DNA from: a virus
DNA: 64,000 nucleotides
Virus record (IMG/VR): IMGVR_UViG_3300037722_000699
Location: 3,713 to 67,712 of that record
Direction: 5' to 3' (one strand)
Under the pieces are notes generated by a model. The model was not told the DNA's origin. It saw only the letters and a list, made by a program, of their open reading frames with translations, and did not search any database. Shown in pieces: positions 28,458-36,676 of the stretch (positions are counted from its first letter, which is position 1; each line of letters opens with the position of its first letter). Made by a program: the position numbers and the translations under genes.

Positions 28458-28693
28458 CACGCCGCCTTCCTGCGCGGCGCCGAATTTTCCGAGGCGCGCG
28501 CCGATTCGACGCCGTTGTCGTCCTTCACCAGCTTGCCGCCACGCCAGATGATCTTCTTTCCAGAGAGACGCTGCAGAGCGTTGAACGCTTTCGTCCACTG
28601 CTCGCGTTCGAACGGCGTCCATTTCTTCTTGGCCGCGCCGGAGTCCAGCAATTCGAGCGCTGCCTTACGGGCAACTTTCTGTAGTGCGTTCAT
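28457..28693 (-). CDS. Small basic hypothetical protein
   Basis: Abuts the terL stop. Confidence 0.55.
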   Translation of the reverse strand: MNALQKVARKAALELLDSGAAKKKWTPFEREQWTKAFNALQRLSGKKIIWRGGKLVKDDNGVESARASENSAPRRKAA

Positions 28694-30352
28694 CTAATAT
28701 GCGCCCTTTCGTGTCCCGGCCCGCCGAATAACCGGCGCGCCACCATGCAGAAACGTGAAGCTCGGCTCGTAGTTCATCAGGTACTTGAGCAGCGTCGGGT
28801 AGTCGTCGTTCTTGGCCCGTGGCTTCTGCTTCAGATCCTTTTCCAGCGAGGCCCGATGCTCATCCCAGGTGTAGCGCTTCATCTGCGCTATGGTGGTCTG
28901 GCACCGGGGATGCACATGAAGACGCGGGCGATAGAGCCGGTAATCGGGCTTCAGGAACTCATTGATGCGGGAACGCCCCGGATCACCGTCATCGGCCAGG
29001 TCGCAGCGCAGCCCGACGTGCTCGAATTCGTCCTGCCAGGTCACGCCTCTTTGTGAGGAAGCAGGCGAGCGCGCCATGTTCGGATCGATCAGCCGAACCG
29101 TCGTCTGCAAGCCGTAGCGCGCCTCGGTCTCGAATGCCGCGTCGCGCACCTCGGATGGATCACCATCAAGCGCTCCCTCGGCCGCTACCCAGATATCATC
29201 CGAGGGATCGACCAGGCCCCAGAGCCACATGTGCGGCTTTCTCGGGTGCGGATCGATCAGCCAGACCGCCGGCCAGGGCTCGATATCGAATTCGCAGACG
29301 TGGTTGAAGGTCACCACCTCCGTGGAACCACACTGCGCACAGCCTTCAGGCGTTGTATAAACGGCCTTCTTGCAGTTGAAGCACCAGTCCTGGCTCGTGT
29401 CGGTAAAGAGTGGGTGTATCCGGTTCGAGAAGCGGATCGGCACACCCTTGGAGCGGACTTCCCTGGTCGCGTCATCGAAGGTCGCCAGCTTGGCGATCGT
29501 GGCCTCTCTATTGAGGTGCGGGTTGTCCAGCGTGTGCAGCTCGAACCAGTCGAAGCTGGGCAGCTTGTTTGGTCCCGGTCTGCCCTTCTCGTAAACCTCG
29601 TCGTAAATCCAGTCGACCGGGATCGCGGGATCGTCCGGCCAGGTCATGACCAGGAACATCCGGCCATCCACGTCCATGACGCGCGCCATATTCTCGCGCC
29701 AGATCGCGTAGCTGGGCGGCTCGTCGTGGATTACAATGTCGTAAGAACCAGACGCGAAGTGCGACGGGTCTTGATCATAGCTCATAAAGCCCGCGGACGA
29801 TTGCCCAAGAACATGCCCGGGGTTGTCCGGATCGTGACAATCAAAAGTCAGGGTCCGCAGCTTCTCCGACCAGGACTTGTCCCACTGGCCGTTTATGAGA
29901 CAGCCGCGCGGCACCCAGCCCCAATGGCCCTGATTGCCCCCAGGCTCGCTCACGCCGGACCACTGCCACCATTGGAACTTCGGCAGAATCGCGCCGTGCA
30001 GCGTGGCGGTCAGGGACTCGACGCACATGCGGATGCGGATCGGTCCCTGGAACTTCTCGCGGCACTCCGCTTCGATCGATTCCGGGAATATGCCCGTCGC
30101 GAGAGCTAGTGCCTCTACTATGGCGCCAGTGGTTTTCCCGCTACGATTTCCACCACCAATTCCGATAACCTTGGCCTTGCTGCAGTGCATCGCCAGGGCG
30201 CGTTCGGAATTCGGCTCGTAGTAGAGAAGCTGATTCTCCTGCCGGTGCCGGCGCTGCTCGGCCAGCACGGCCGCCAGCGTGGCCTTGAACTGAGTGTCGT
30301 CAAGCCCCCGCAGGCTGTCGCGCGAGAGCTTCGCCAGATCAACCGGGGGCAT
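28694..30352 (-). CDS. terL: Terminase large subunit
   Basis: Walker A GGNRSGKT, Walker B VIHDE, TWP coupling motif, and a RuvC-like nuclease domain (IDPH...NDDYPT). Confidence 0.93.
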   Translation of the reverse strand: MPPVDLAKLSRDSLRGLDDTQFKATLAAVLAEQRRHRQENQLLYYEPNSERALAMHCSKAKVIGIGGGNRSGKTTGAIVEALALATGIFPESIEAECREKFQGPIRIRMCVESLTATLHGAILPKFQWWQWSGVSEPGGNQGHWGWVPRGCLINGQWDKSWSEKLRTLTFDCHDPDNPGHVLGQSSAGFMSYDQDPSHFASGSYDIVIHDEPPSYAIWRENMARVMDVDGRMFLVMTWPDDPAIPVDWIYDEVYEKGRPGPNKLPSFDWFELHTLDNPHLNREATIAKLATFDDATREVRSKGVPIRFSNRIHPLFTDTSQDWCFNCKKAVYTTPEGCAQCGSTEVVTFNHVCEFDIEPWPAVWLIDPHPRKPHMWLWGLVDPSDDIWVAAEGALDGDPSEVRDAAFETEARYGLQTTVRLIDPNMARSPASSQRGVTWQDEFEHVGLRCDLADDGDPGRSRINEFLKPDYRLYRPRLHVHPRCQTTIAQMKRYTWDEHRASLEKDLKQKPRAKNDDYPTLLKYLMNYEPSFTFLHGGAPVIRRAGTRKGAY

Positions 30353-30358
30353 GCCGGA

Positions 30359-31021
30359 TCAGGCCGCCTCCTTCGGCGTCACATCCTTGAACTCGCCCGG
30401 GATGTCGATCTTGCGGCGTTTCGCTTCTTCAAGCAGCGCATGCAGCAACTGATCGACCGAGCGCCGGTCATTGATGGCCGTGATCGCCGTGGGTTTGCCC
30501 TCCAGGAGCTGGATCTTGTCGAACAGGATGCCCAGCGCGGTCGTCTTCTGCACCAGGTTGGCCGACATGACCGCCTCGGGCGTCAGCGACGCGGCGATCA
30601 TGTGGACCTTGCCCTTGAGCACGGCCTTGAGCGCCACGTCCTCAAGCACGACCTTCTCGGCCTCATAGACCTCGATTGCCCGCTCGGCCTTGCGCTCTTC
30701 CGTCTCCAGGCGACCCAATTGCTCCCGCCGGTCAACCCTCGCCTTGGTCTCGACCGCCTTCGCCTTGGCCACCCTGGCCCGGCTCTCCGCCCGGGAAACC
30801 GCAATCGCCTTGCCGGGCACCAACTGCTGCTTGCGTTTCGCGCGCGTCTGCTTCACCCGCTTGGCCGGCGATGGCGGGACCTCGATAGAGGGGTGCAGCT
30901 TCGCGGCCTCGCGGGCCAGGAACGCGGCCGTGTCCTGCTGCTCGGGCGTGGGCTTCACCGTTCCCTCGCCTTCCGCTTGGGGGTGCGGCTCGGCATCACA
31001 CGGCCTCAGGGTCGTAGCCAA
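30359..31021 (-). CDS. Terminase small subunit candidate
   Basis: Immediately upstream of terL; basic and helical with TALGILFDKIQLLEGKPT motif. Confidence 0.5.
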   Translation of the reverse strand: MATTLRPCDAEPHPQAEGEGTVKPTPEQQDTAAFLAREAAKLHPSIEVPPSPAKRVKQTRAKRKQQLVPGKAIAVSRAESRARVAKAKAVETKARVDRREQLGRLETEERKAERAIEVYEAEKVVLEDVALKAVLKGKVHMIAASLTPEAVMSANLVQKTTALGILFDKIQLLEGKPTAITAINDRRSVDQLLHALLEEAKRRKIDIPGEFKDVTPKEAA

Positions 31022-31334
31022 GCCGCTTAGCAGTGCCCTCGGCGATGATTTGGGCCATTAGCGCGTTGTGCATGAACTGCAGCGCAGCCATGCCGACGAA
31101 CGGCCCGTCGTTGGACAGGGCTTCGGCCTTGTCCCATGCTCCTTGAAAATCCCAGGTGAACACCACGAAGCCGGCCAGGTTGTCACCCCACTGATCGGAC
31201 AGGCGCCGCGCTTCCTCCAACAGTTTGTCCTGGATGTACCTGGAATCCTGCTGGCGCAAATTCTCAAGCAGGACCACGTTGCCGGCTTTCGGCTGAACAT
31301 TGACTATCCTCGTGCGCGCGATTCCGTTGCTCAT
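30996..31334 (-). CDS. Hypothetical protein
   Basis: ATG 31334 overlaps the HTH gene stop. Confidence 0.55.
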   Translation of the reverse strand: MSNGIARTRIVNVQPKAGNVVLLENLRQQDSRYIQDKLLEEARRLSDQWGDNLAGFVVFTWDFQGAWDKAEALSNDGPFVGMAALQFMHNALMAQIIAEGTAKRLGYDPEAV

Positions 31335-31513
31335 TCCAACTCCCCGGCCAGCGCCTTGATCTTCAGCGCCAGCCCGACATAGGCCGCCACGTAGCCGGGC
31401 ACCCGCTCGTTCCAACCTGTGACGGTATTGCGATGCACGCCGAGCCGCCGGCCTAGCTCCTGCTTGGACCAGCCCAGAGTATCGAGCGCGGCCCAGAGAT
31501 CGTCAGGCGTCAT
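31331..31513 (-). CDS. XRE-family HTH protein
   Basis: LGWSKQELGRRLGVHRNTVTGW HTH. Confidence 0.75.
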   Translation of the reverse strand: MTPDDLWAALDTLGWSKQELGRRLGVHRNTVTGWNERVPGYVAAYVGLALKIKALAGELE

Positions 31514-31716
31514 TCTTCGTCAGCCACATCGCCCAGACGGATATGAACCATGTTCTGAAGCCCAATCCAGCCGCCAGCCGGGAAGACCGCAAGGGGAAGG
31601 TCTTCGCCTAGCCAAAAGCGGAGAGCCCCGGTATCGTCGATTTCATACCGGTCAGCAACTATGTAATGGGCGGCGGCCGTGCCGGCTGCCGCTAGCTTCA
31701 CCAAATAAAGCGCCAT
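31510..31716 (-). CDS. Small hypothetical protein
   Basis: Coupled ORF of 68 aa. Confidence 0.55.
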   Translation of the reverse strand: MALYLVKLAAAGTAAAHYIVADRYEIDDTGALRFWLGEDLPLAVFPAGGWIGLQNMVHIRLGDVADEE

Positions 31717-31717
31717 T

Positions 31718-31918
31718 TCACGCCCCCCAGTGGTCGCCGTCCGGCAATCCGGTCGCGACCACTGCCGCCGCGCCCCAGAACACCAGCGCCAGCCCTACGG
31801 ACGGCGGGGTCAGAACAAACAGCATGGCCAGCGAGGCCAGCGCTAAAGCGTAGAAGGCAGCCCAGAGAAACCGGAGCCGGGAGCGGGTCATGACAAGCAA
31901 GGGCTCAGCGGGAGCCAT
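31718..31918 (-). CDS. Small two-TM membrane protein
   Basis: Two hydrophobic segments. Confidence 0.55.
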   Translation of the reverse strand: MAPAEPLLVMTRSRLRFLWAAFYALALASLAMLFVLTPPSVGLALVFWGAAAVVATGLPDGDHWGA

Positions 31919-32090
31919 AGCAGCCGCATATCTCTAACTCTGGGCTGTCAGCGCAAATGGACTCGGCTAGCTGGCCGATGTACCGCTCTGCTCGGTGGGG
32001 GTCAGGCCCCCGCGAATAGACCACCAGCCCGATGATGAGAACGGCGATAGCAAGAATAAGCAAAGTCCAGCCTGGGTGTAGCACGTACAT
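31905..32090 (-). CDS. Small membrane protein with Cys-rich tail (spanin-like candidate)
   Basis: ATG 32090; TM segment followed by ICADSPELEICGC. Confidence 0.45.
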   Translation of the reverse strand: MYVLHPGWTLLILAIAVLIIGLVVYSRGPDPHRAERYIGQLAESICADSPELEICGCYGSR

Positions 32091-32378
32091 TTTCACACTC
32101 CCCCGAGAGCTTGGCGGGGGGTTACGGCCCATAGGGGTTGCCCTGGCGGAAAACACGCTCGACAGCAGCGCCCACCGCCTCCATGGCTTGCTCGAATGCT
32201 TCCACATCCTCAGTCGCGGGCATGGTCAGGCCAGATCGAATGATGTGGCGCAGGCCATTTTCAATCCTGTCCAGGCGACCCCGCAGAAGGGCAAATTCTT
32301 CGGCAAAGTCCTGCATTTTCACACTCTCCTGTTAAAAGGCCGGGCCAGCCAGCACTTTTAGCACAGTGAGTGTGAAAA
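32090..32378. repeat. 11-bp TTTTCACACTC motif: two direct copies and one inverted copy
   Basis: 32090-32100, 32316-32326 and inverted GAGTGTGAAAA at 32368-32378. Confidence 0.75.
32122..32316 (-). CDS. Small helical hypothetical protein
   Basis: ATG 32316 preceded by GGAGAGTGTGAAA. Confidence 0.55.
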   Translation of the reverse strand: MQDFAEEFALLRGRLDRIENGLRHIIRSGLTMPATEDVEAFEQAMEAVGAAVERVFRQGNPYGP

Positions 32379-32384
32379 GCAAGC

Positions 32385-32480
32385 GGCCCCTTTTGTCCCG
32401 GAACTAGCGTGGGTGGGACCCCTGCCCCTTGCCCACCGGGTGGGGGGGTGTGCCGGCACCCCGGGGGCCTGGCCGTCCTC
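32385..32480. other. G/C-tract non-coding segment upstream of the terminase genes (possible packaging-site region)
   Basis: GGGTGGGACCCCTGCCCC...GGGTGGGGGGGTG...CCCCGGGGG in the intergenic space before the late operon; positional inference only. Confidence 0.3.
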
Positions 32481-32558
32481 CCTGGCGCGCACCGCTGCGC
32501 AAATTCATGTCGCTTGCAGGACAGCAGCCGGGCTAGCAACCACGGGTATTCATGTATA

Positions 32559-32870
32559 TCAATGAGTTACGCGGTTGCTGAATGACGCATAATGTATTAT
32601 ATGGGAAGAAGCTGGGCGAAACCCCCGCGTTCCCGCCGACCCTGCCCGAGCTGTGCGCCGGCTGACCGCTGCCCAAATGCCGGTGTCCATTTTGGACAAG
32701 CCTGCCCAGGCGCCCGACCCGTCCCCGTATCCTGTGCTCGCTGTTCCGGCCGTCTTGCCCAGCTTCATGGCAGCCTTCAGCCGGGCCTTGTCCTTCTTGG
32801 CCCGCTAGGCCTCCATGAGAGCCCGCAAGTCGCTGTCCGCGCGCATCTCGGCCTCATCCATGGGCATCAT
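32559..32870 (-). pseudogene. Paralogue of the capsid-adjacent small protein, interrupted by an in-frame TAG
   Basis: MMPMDEAEMRADSDLRALMEA*RAKKDKARLKAAMKLG aligns with MNDDYEAESDLSVLIRAKEIEKDPARVQRAKRFA; TAG at 32807-32805. Confidence 0.7.
32582..32609 (+). promoter_or_regulatory. Degenerate dif-like (XerCD) site
   Basis: ATGACGCATAA TGTATT ATATGGGAAGA matches E. coli dif GGTGCGCATAA TGTATA TTATGTTAAAT at 18/28, including a 12-bp contiguous match. Confidence 0.4.
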
Positions 32871-32953
32871 GGGTTAGTCCTCTCGCTTCCCGCCCGGCTT
32901 CTCAAGCCCCTTCTCGACCAGGCGCCTTATGGCCTCGGCCCTGTTGGCGTACC

Positions 32954-33208
32954 TCACCCCAGCTTCCGCACGCTCTTGATTGCACTAGCCGGGATTTCCA
33001 GCACCTCGGCCTCGCTGTAGTGCGACCGGCTTTGCGCCAGCACGACGCAGTCCTTGCTGCGCTCCACCGGGTGGCCGATGCTGACACAGCCCATCTTGGC
33101 CCCGCCGTGCGCTCCCCAGCCATTGCTCGCTATGCTGTCGGTCCAGCACACCTCTACCGGTACTGTGCTGGGCCAAGGGCTGTCTTTGGTGCGCTTACGA
33201 ACTGCCAT
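32954..33208 (-). CDS. Conserved-type phage hypothetical protein
   Basis: VEVCWTDS...GW...CVSIG...VVLAQS...IPASAIKSV pattern. Confidence 0.65.
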   Translation of the reverse strand: MAVRKRTKDSPWPSTVPVEVCWTDSIASNGWGAHGGAKMGCVSIGHPVERSKDCVVLAQSRSHYSEAEVLEIPASAIKSVRKLG

Positions 33209-33419
33209 GTAGCTTTTCCTCTACCACCATAGGCAGCCCTTCGTGCCAGCCGTCCGAGCCCTGCCAGTAGAATTGGGCAGCATCCCGGTCCCACGTCAGA
33301 CTATATACAGTCTGGCCTCCCACAACGGCCACGGCCTGCTCGAAGCCCACCGGGCGCAGCTCATGCTCTTCCTGCGGGCCTGCCAGGCCTTTGCCGATGC
33401 GTTGCCAAATGTCGGTCAT
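33195..33419 (-). CDS. Small hypothetical protein
   Basis: 74 aa, overlaps the next gene. Confidence 0.5.
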   Translation of the reverse strand: MTDIWQRIGKGLAGPQEEHELRPVGFEQAVAVVGGQTVYSLTWDRDAAQFYWQGSDGWHEGLPMVVEEKLHGSS

Positions 33420-33423
33420 GGTT

Positions 33424-33630
33424 TCACCCTGTTGCTGCTTCTGCCTTCACCTGCTTACTCTCCAGCCACGTCAGCCTGTTGGCATGCTTCGTGAGGGCCT
33501 TGTCCCACTTGTTCCAGTCCTCGGGAGTCTTGGCCAGGCTGCGCTTGATGCGGGCGTGCTTTACCGCTGCCTTGCAGGATGATAGCTGCTGGGGGAGCGT
33601 GCGGAAGTCGTCAGAGGACGCTGCCGCCAT
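33424..33630 (-). CDS. Small basic hypothetical protein
   Basis: 68 aa, with SD. Confidence 0.5.
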   Translation of the reverse strand: MAAASSDDFRTLPQQLSSCKAAVKHARIKRSLAKTPEDWNKWDKALTKHANRLTWLESKQVKAEAATG

Positions 33631-33814
33631 CGCCTTCAGTCAGGTCGAGAGTCCAATGGCCGGGCGGCAGCACGATCGTACCGCCGTTGCGCCCAAGCTC
33701 ATCTGCTGCCGCCTGCAGCCTCTCCCGCGTCAGCGGCGCGACGAGGCAGATCGTGCGCGGCCCACACGGCCGCCCTTCCGGGCCTGCTTCAATCGTTCCG
33801 GGCTTGATACCCAT
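33611..33814 (-). CDS. Small protein resembling an isolated beta-helix N-cap
   Basis: LQAAADELGRNGGTIVLPPGHWTL; GGAGG SD before ATG 33814. Confidence 0.5.
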   Translation of the reverse strand: MGIKPGTIEAGPEGRPCGPRTICLVAPLTRERLQAAADELGRNGGTIVLPPGHWTLDLTEGDGGSVL

Positions 33815-34004
33815 GGTCAGCCTCCAGGCATGCCAACGGCCCGCGCGGTGGCGGGTTTCGGGCTGGTTCGGGAAGTCGCGGCACAAAAGCTGCCGCAGCG
33901 TGGCCCGTGTGGGATTTTGGGCCTACGCGAGGCCAACTTGGGCCTGCGCTTGGGATTATAAGCCGGTCTTACAGCCATGTGCAAGTGTTTATTCCCATTC
34001 TCAG

Positions 34005-34206
34005 ACGCCATGCTGCCGGGTCATAAACCCTTTGGCGGTCGTATTCCTAACGGCACCAGCAGCATGGCGTTCGGTCGCGAGAGAGCCAGGGTCACACCTG
34101 GGCTGGCTTTCGATACTCCGTAGGCACCCAGCCCTCTCGCTTTCGGTAGCACAGCAGCGGGGTCAAAGCCGCTTTGGCTTTCAGGCTTTTGGTGGCACCC
34201 GCTGCT
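34005..34206 (-). ncRNA. TIGR-like stem-loop guide array, 3 units (natively just 3' of the tas gene)
   Basis: Units at 34153-34206, 34077-34140 and 34005-34070. Each is stem-GGTGCC(A/T/G)-N9-YGA(A/C)(A/C)GCCA-N9-TGACCC-stem. Confidence 0.85.
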
Positions 34207-34308
34207 ACACTTTCACTCGGCCGCAACCGCGGTCTGTTCGTTTGGCGATGTTATACTTGACGTACCCACCTGAAGGCCCTATATTAGAGGGAACAAGGAG
34301 ATAGGGTC

Positions 34309-35235
34309 ATGTCGGTTCTCAACGCCCCCCACTTTCATAACGAAGAGGCCGCTTACAAGTTTGTCGAGGCGCGGATTTGGCCCAACGGCCGGATTTGCCC
34401 TCATTGCGGCACCATAGACCATAGCGGCAAGCTGCAGGGCAAGAGCACCCGCATAGGCGTCTACAAGTGCTACGACTGCCGCAAGCCCTTCACCGTCAAG
34501 ATCGGAACCGTCTTCGAGGCCAGCCATATCAGGCTGCATATCTGGCTGCAGGCGATTTTCCTGCTGTGCTCGTCGAAGAAGGGCATCAGCTCTAACCAGC
34601 TTCACCGTACCTTGGGCGTCACTCTGAAAACCGCTTGGTTCATGTCGCATCGTATTCGTGAGGCCATGCGCTCGGGTGATCTGTCGCCGTTCGGCGGCAA
34701 CGGCGGCGCGGTCGAAGTTGATGAAACTTTCATCGGCCGTAAGAAGGGCGTGCCTGTTCGCCATGGCTACGAGCACAAGAACAAGGTGCTGTCCCTGGTG
34801 GATCGCGAGTCCGGTCGGGCGCGGTCCATGGTGGTCGATGACCTTAAGACCAGCACTGTCGCTCCGATCGTTCGCGAGAACGTCGCTAAGGAAGCGCGCT
34901 TGATGACCGATGAAGCCCGCCACTATGTCAAGGTCGGGCGCGAGTTTGCGGACCATCAGCGGGTCTATCACAGCGCTGGCGAGTACGGGCGCGGCGAAGC
35001 CCATACCAATACCATCGAAGGCTATTTCAGCATCTTCAAGCGCGGCATGAAGGGCGTCTACCAGCATTGCAGTGAACATCACCTTCATCGCTACCTTGCA
35101 GAGTTCGATTTCCGCTATAGTGAGCGGATCGCGCTTGGCATCGATGACCAGATGCGCGCCGAAAAGGCGTTACGGGGCATCGTCGGCAAGCGGTTGACTT
35201 ATCGAACGACTGATAGCGCCGAAGCCCAAACCTGA
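34309..35235 (+). CDS. tnp: IS1595-family DDE transposase
   Basis: Zn ribbon CPHCG...CYDC, HTH GISSNQLHRTLGVT, and catalytic-type motifs VEVDETF, LMTDEA and TNTIEG. Confidence 0.95.
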   Translation: MSVLNAPHFHNEEAAYKFVEARIWPNGRICPHCGTIDHSGKLQGKSTRIGVYKCYDCRKPFTVKIGTVFEASHIRLHIWLQAIFLLCSSKKGISSNQLHRTLGVTLKTAWFMSHRIREAMRSGDLSPFGGNGGAVEVDETFIGRKKGVPVRHGYEHKNKVLSLVDRESGRARSMVVDDLKTSTVAPIVRENVAKEARLMTDEARHYVKVGREFADHQRVYHSAGEYGRGEAHTNTIEGYFSIFKRGMKGVYQHCSEHHLHRYLAEFDFRYSERIALGIDDQMRAEKALRGIVGKRLTYRTTDSAEAQT

Positions 35236-35316
35236 AACCTGGGCCGAATTTTGCCGGCGGTGGAGCGCGATCCTCCGCCGCTAATCTATTTCTATGTTTT
35301 TCAGTGCGTGGCCGCC

Positions 35317-35550
35317 CTATTCAGCAGCCACAAGCTTAGCGATTCGCTCCGCCGCAGAGGCAGACCAAAACTTGGCCAGCACTTCTATCGGTTTCTGGGG
35401 GTCGTCTTGACTCGCCAAAAAGAGGTAATATCCGATACCATCGACATCGAGGCCCGCGTCACGAGCGCGCTTCGCTTCTCTATTGGTGATGCCCCCGACG
35501 CATAGCACCGCAGAATTTGTAAGAGAGATCGCGCCGACTAACTCGTCCAT
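35317..35550 (-). CDS. IS passenger hypothetical protein
   Basis: 77 aa with GAGG SD, divergent from the next gene. Confidence 0.55.
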   Translation of the reverse strand: MDELVGAISLTNSAVLCVGGITNREAKRARDAGLDVDGIGYYLFLASQDDPQKPIEVLAKFWSASAAERIAKLVAAE

Positions 35551-35578
35551 TTCAACCTCACATCAATGGAGGTAAAAG

Positions 35579-36277
35579 ATGGCCAAGAATAATCCGCCAA
35601 GCATTAGTGTCAACAAATTAGGAGAATATGTCGTCTCTAGAGGAAGCCGACAAAGGGAAATACTCAAAGACCGAAAATTCCCACAAGACTACAAAGGAAT
35701 GTATCACAAAGAAGCCGCAGAAGCCGTCGCACTATGTCTCGCGTCAAACCTCGAAGACCTTTCTCCGCTCACCAGAACTAGACGAGCATTGGAGCAAAGG
35801 ACATCAGAAAAAGTCGGCACCCAGAGACGCATTAATTCCAACATAGACGCTATAGAAGCTTTTGACTCTCTATTGGACTCAATCGATTTCTTTGGTGGCG
35901 CACCTGAACTTGGCCCCCATTCGTCACCTAAGATGGTACGACACGGCGTGCAAATAAGTGTTCGCCCTGAGATCATTTTGCGCGGCCGAGGGGGCAAGAC
36001 AAAAAAGGAACTTATAGGGGCGATAAAAGTACACTTCTCCAGAACGCGCCCGCTGAATGAGGAAAGCGCGGGGTATGTTTCAGCTATTGTACAGGAGTAT
36101 TGCCGAGAACAGCTTGCGACTCGGGAAGAAGTCTATGCACCCTATTGTTTCGTCATTGATCTAGGATCAATGCAGGTGTATCCAGGAGTCCGATCCATCG
36201 TGCAACGAATGAAGGATGTCGAGGCAGAATGCCGAAACATTCCCGCGCTCTGGGCGTCTATCACTGAAGACGAATAG
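35579..36277 (+). CDS. IS passenger protein, possible PD-(D/E)xK nuclease fold
   Basis: GGAGG SD; ISVRPE...IGAIKVHF resembles the restriction-endonuclease-like core; tentative. Confidence 0.6.
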   Translation: MAKNNPPSISVNKLGEYVVSRGSRQREILKDRKFPQDYKGMYHKEAAEAVALCLASNLEDLSPLTRTRRALEQRTSEKVGTQRRINSNIDAIEAFDSLLDSIDFFGGAPELGPHSSPKMVRHGVQISVRPEIILRGRGGKTKKELIGAIKVHFSRTRPLNEESAGYVSAIVQEYCREQLATREEVYAPYCFVIDLGSMQVYPGVRSIVQRMKDVEAECRNIPALWASITEDE

Positions 36278-36326
36278 AATCTTCACTGGATTCGCCGCCG
36301 AGTCGCACGCCTAAGGATAGAACCCC

Positions 36327-36491
36327 GTGCCACGCAAGCCAGCCACCAAACCGGACAATCCCGAGCAGTCCAAGCGCTTCATTGAAAAGGCGAGGGAATT
36401 GGAAACCGACAAATCCGGCAAAGCGTTTGAGCGGGCATTCAAGAAGATTGTCCCTTCCAAACCCCGCGGCCGGCATCAACGGCCGGATTGA
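36327..36491 (+). CDS. 54-aa basic helical protein of the type seen beside IS1595 transposases
   Basis: GTG start; PEQSKRFIEKARELETDKSGKAFERAFKKI; below the ORF-track cutoff. Confidence 0.6.
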   Translation: MPRKPATKPDNPEQSKRFIEKARELETDKSGKAFERAFKKIVPSKPRGRHQRPD

Positions 36492-36676
36492 CTCGGCGCG
36501 GCCCGAGGTGCGAAGGCGGTGCGGCTGCTATTTCGTGGTCTGCCTTTGTCGTAGGTTTGCTAGATCCAATTCTGTGGTCCAGTTGGCTCTGAGCTTCATA
36601 GTTGGCGAAACGAGAGGGTTCCCGCTTGCCCCCTTTGTCAATAGCCGCCTGGCAAAAGTAGGGCGTCCGCGGCGCA

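Noticed and set aside
32805-32807. Genome-wide amber (TAG) recoding
   Set aside because: TAG is used as a normal stop elsewhere (2893, 27815, 57713), and the large genes are not fragmented by TAG.
32874-32957. Ribbon-helix-helix gene (NRAEAIRRLVEKGL)
   Set aside because: Only about 27 codons with an in-frame stop just upstream; at most a remnant, too short to call.
34005-34206. CRISPR array
   Set aside because: No 23-50-bp identical repeats with long spacers and no cas genes; the units are hairpins with two 9-nt variable segments.
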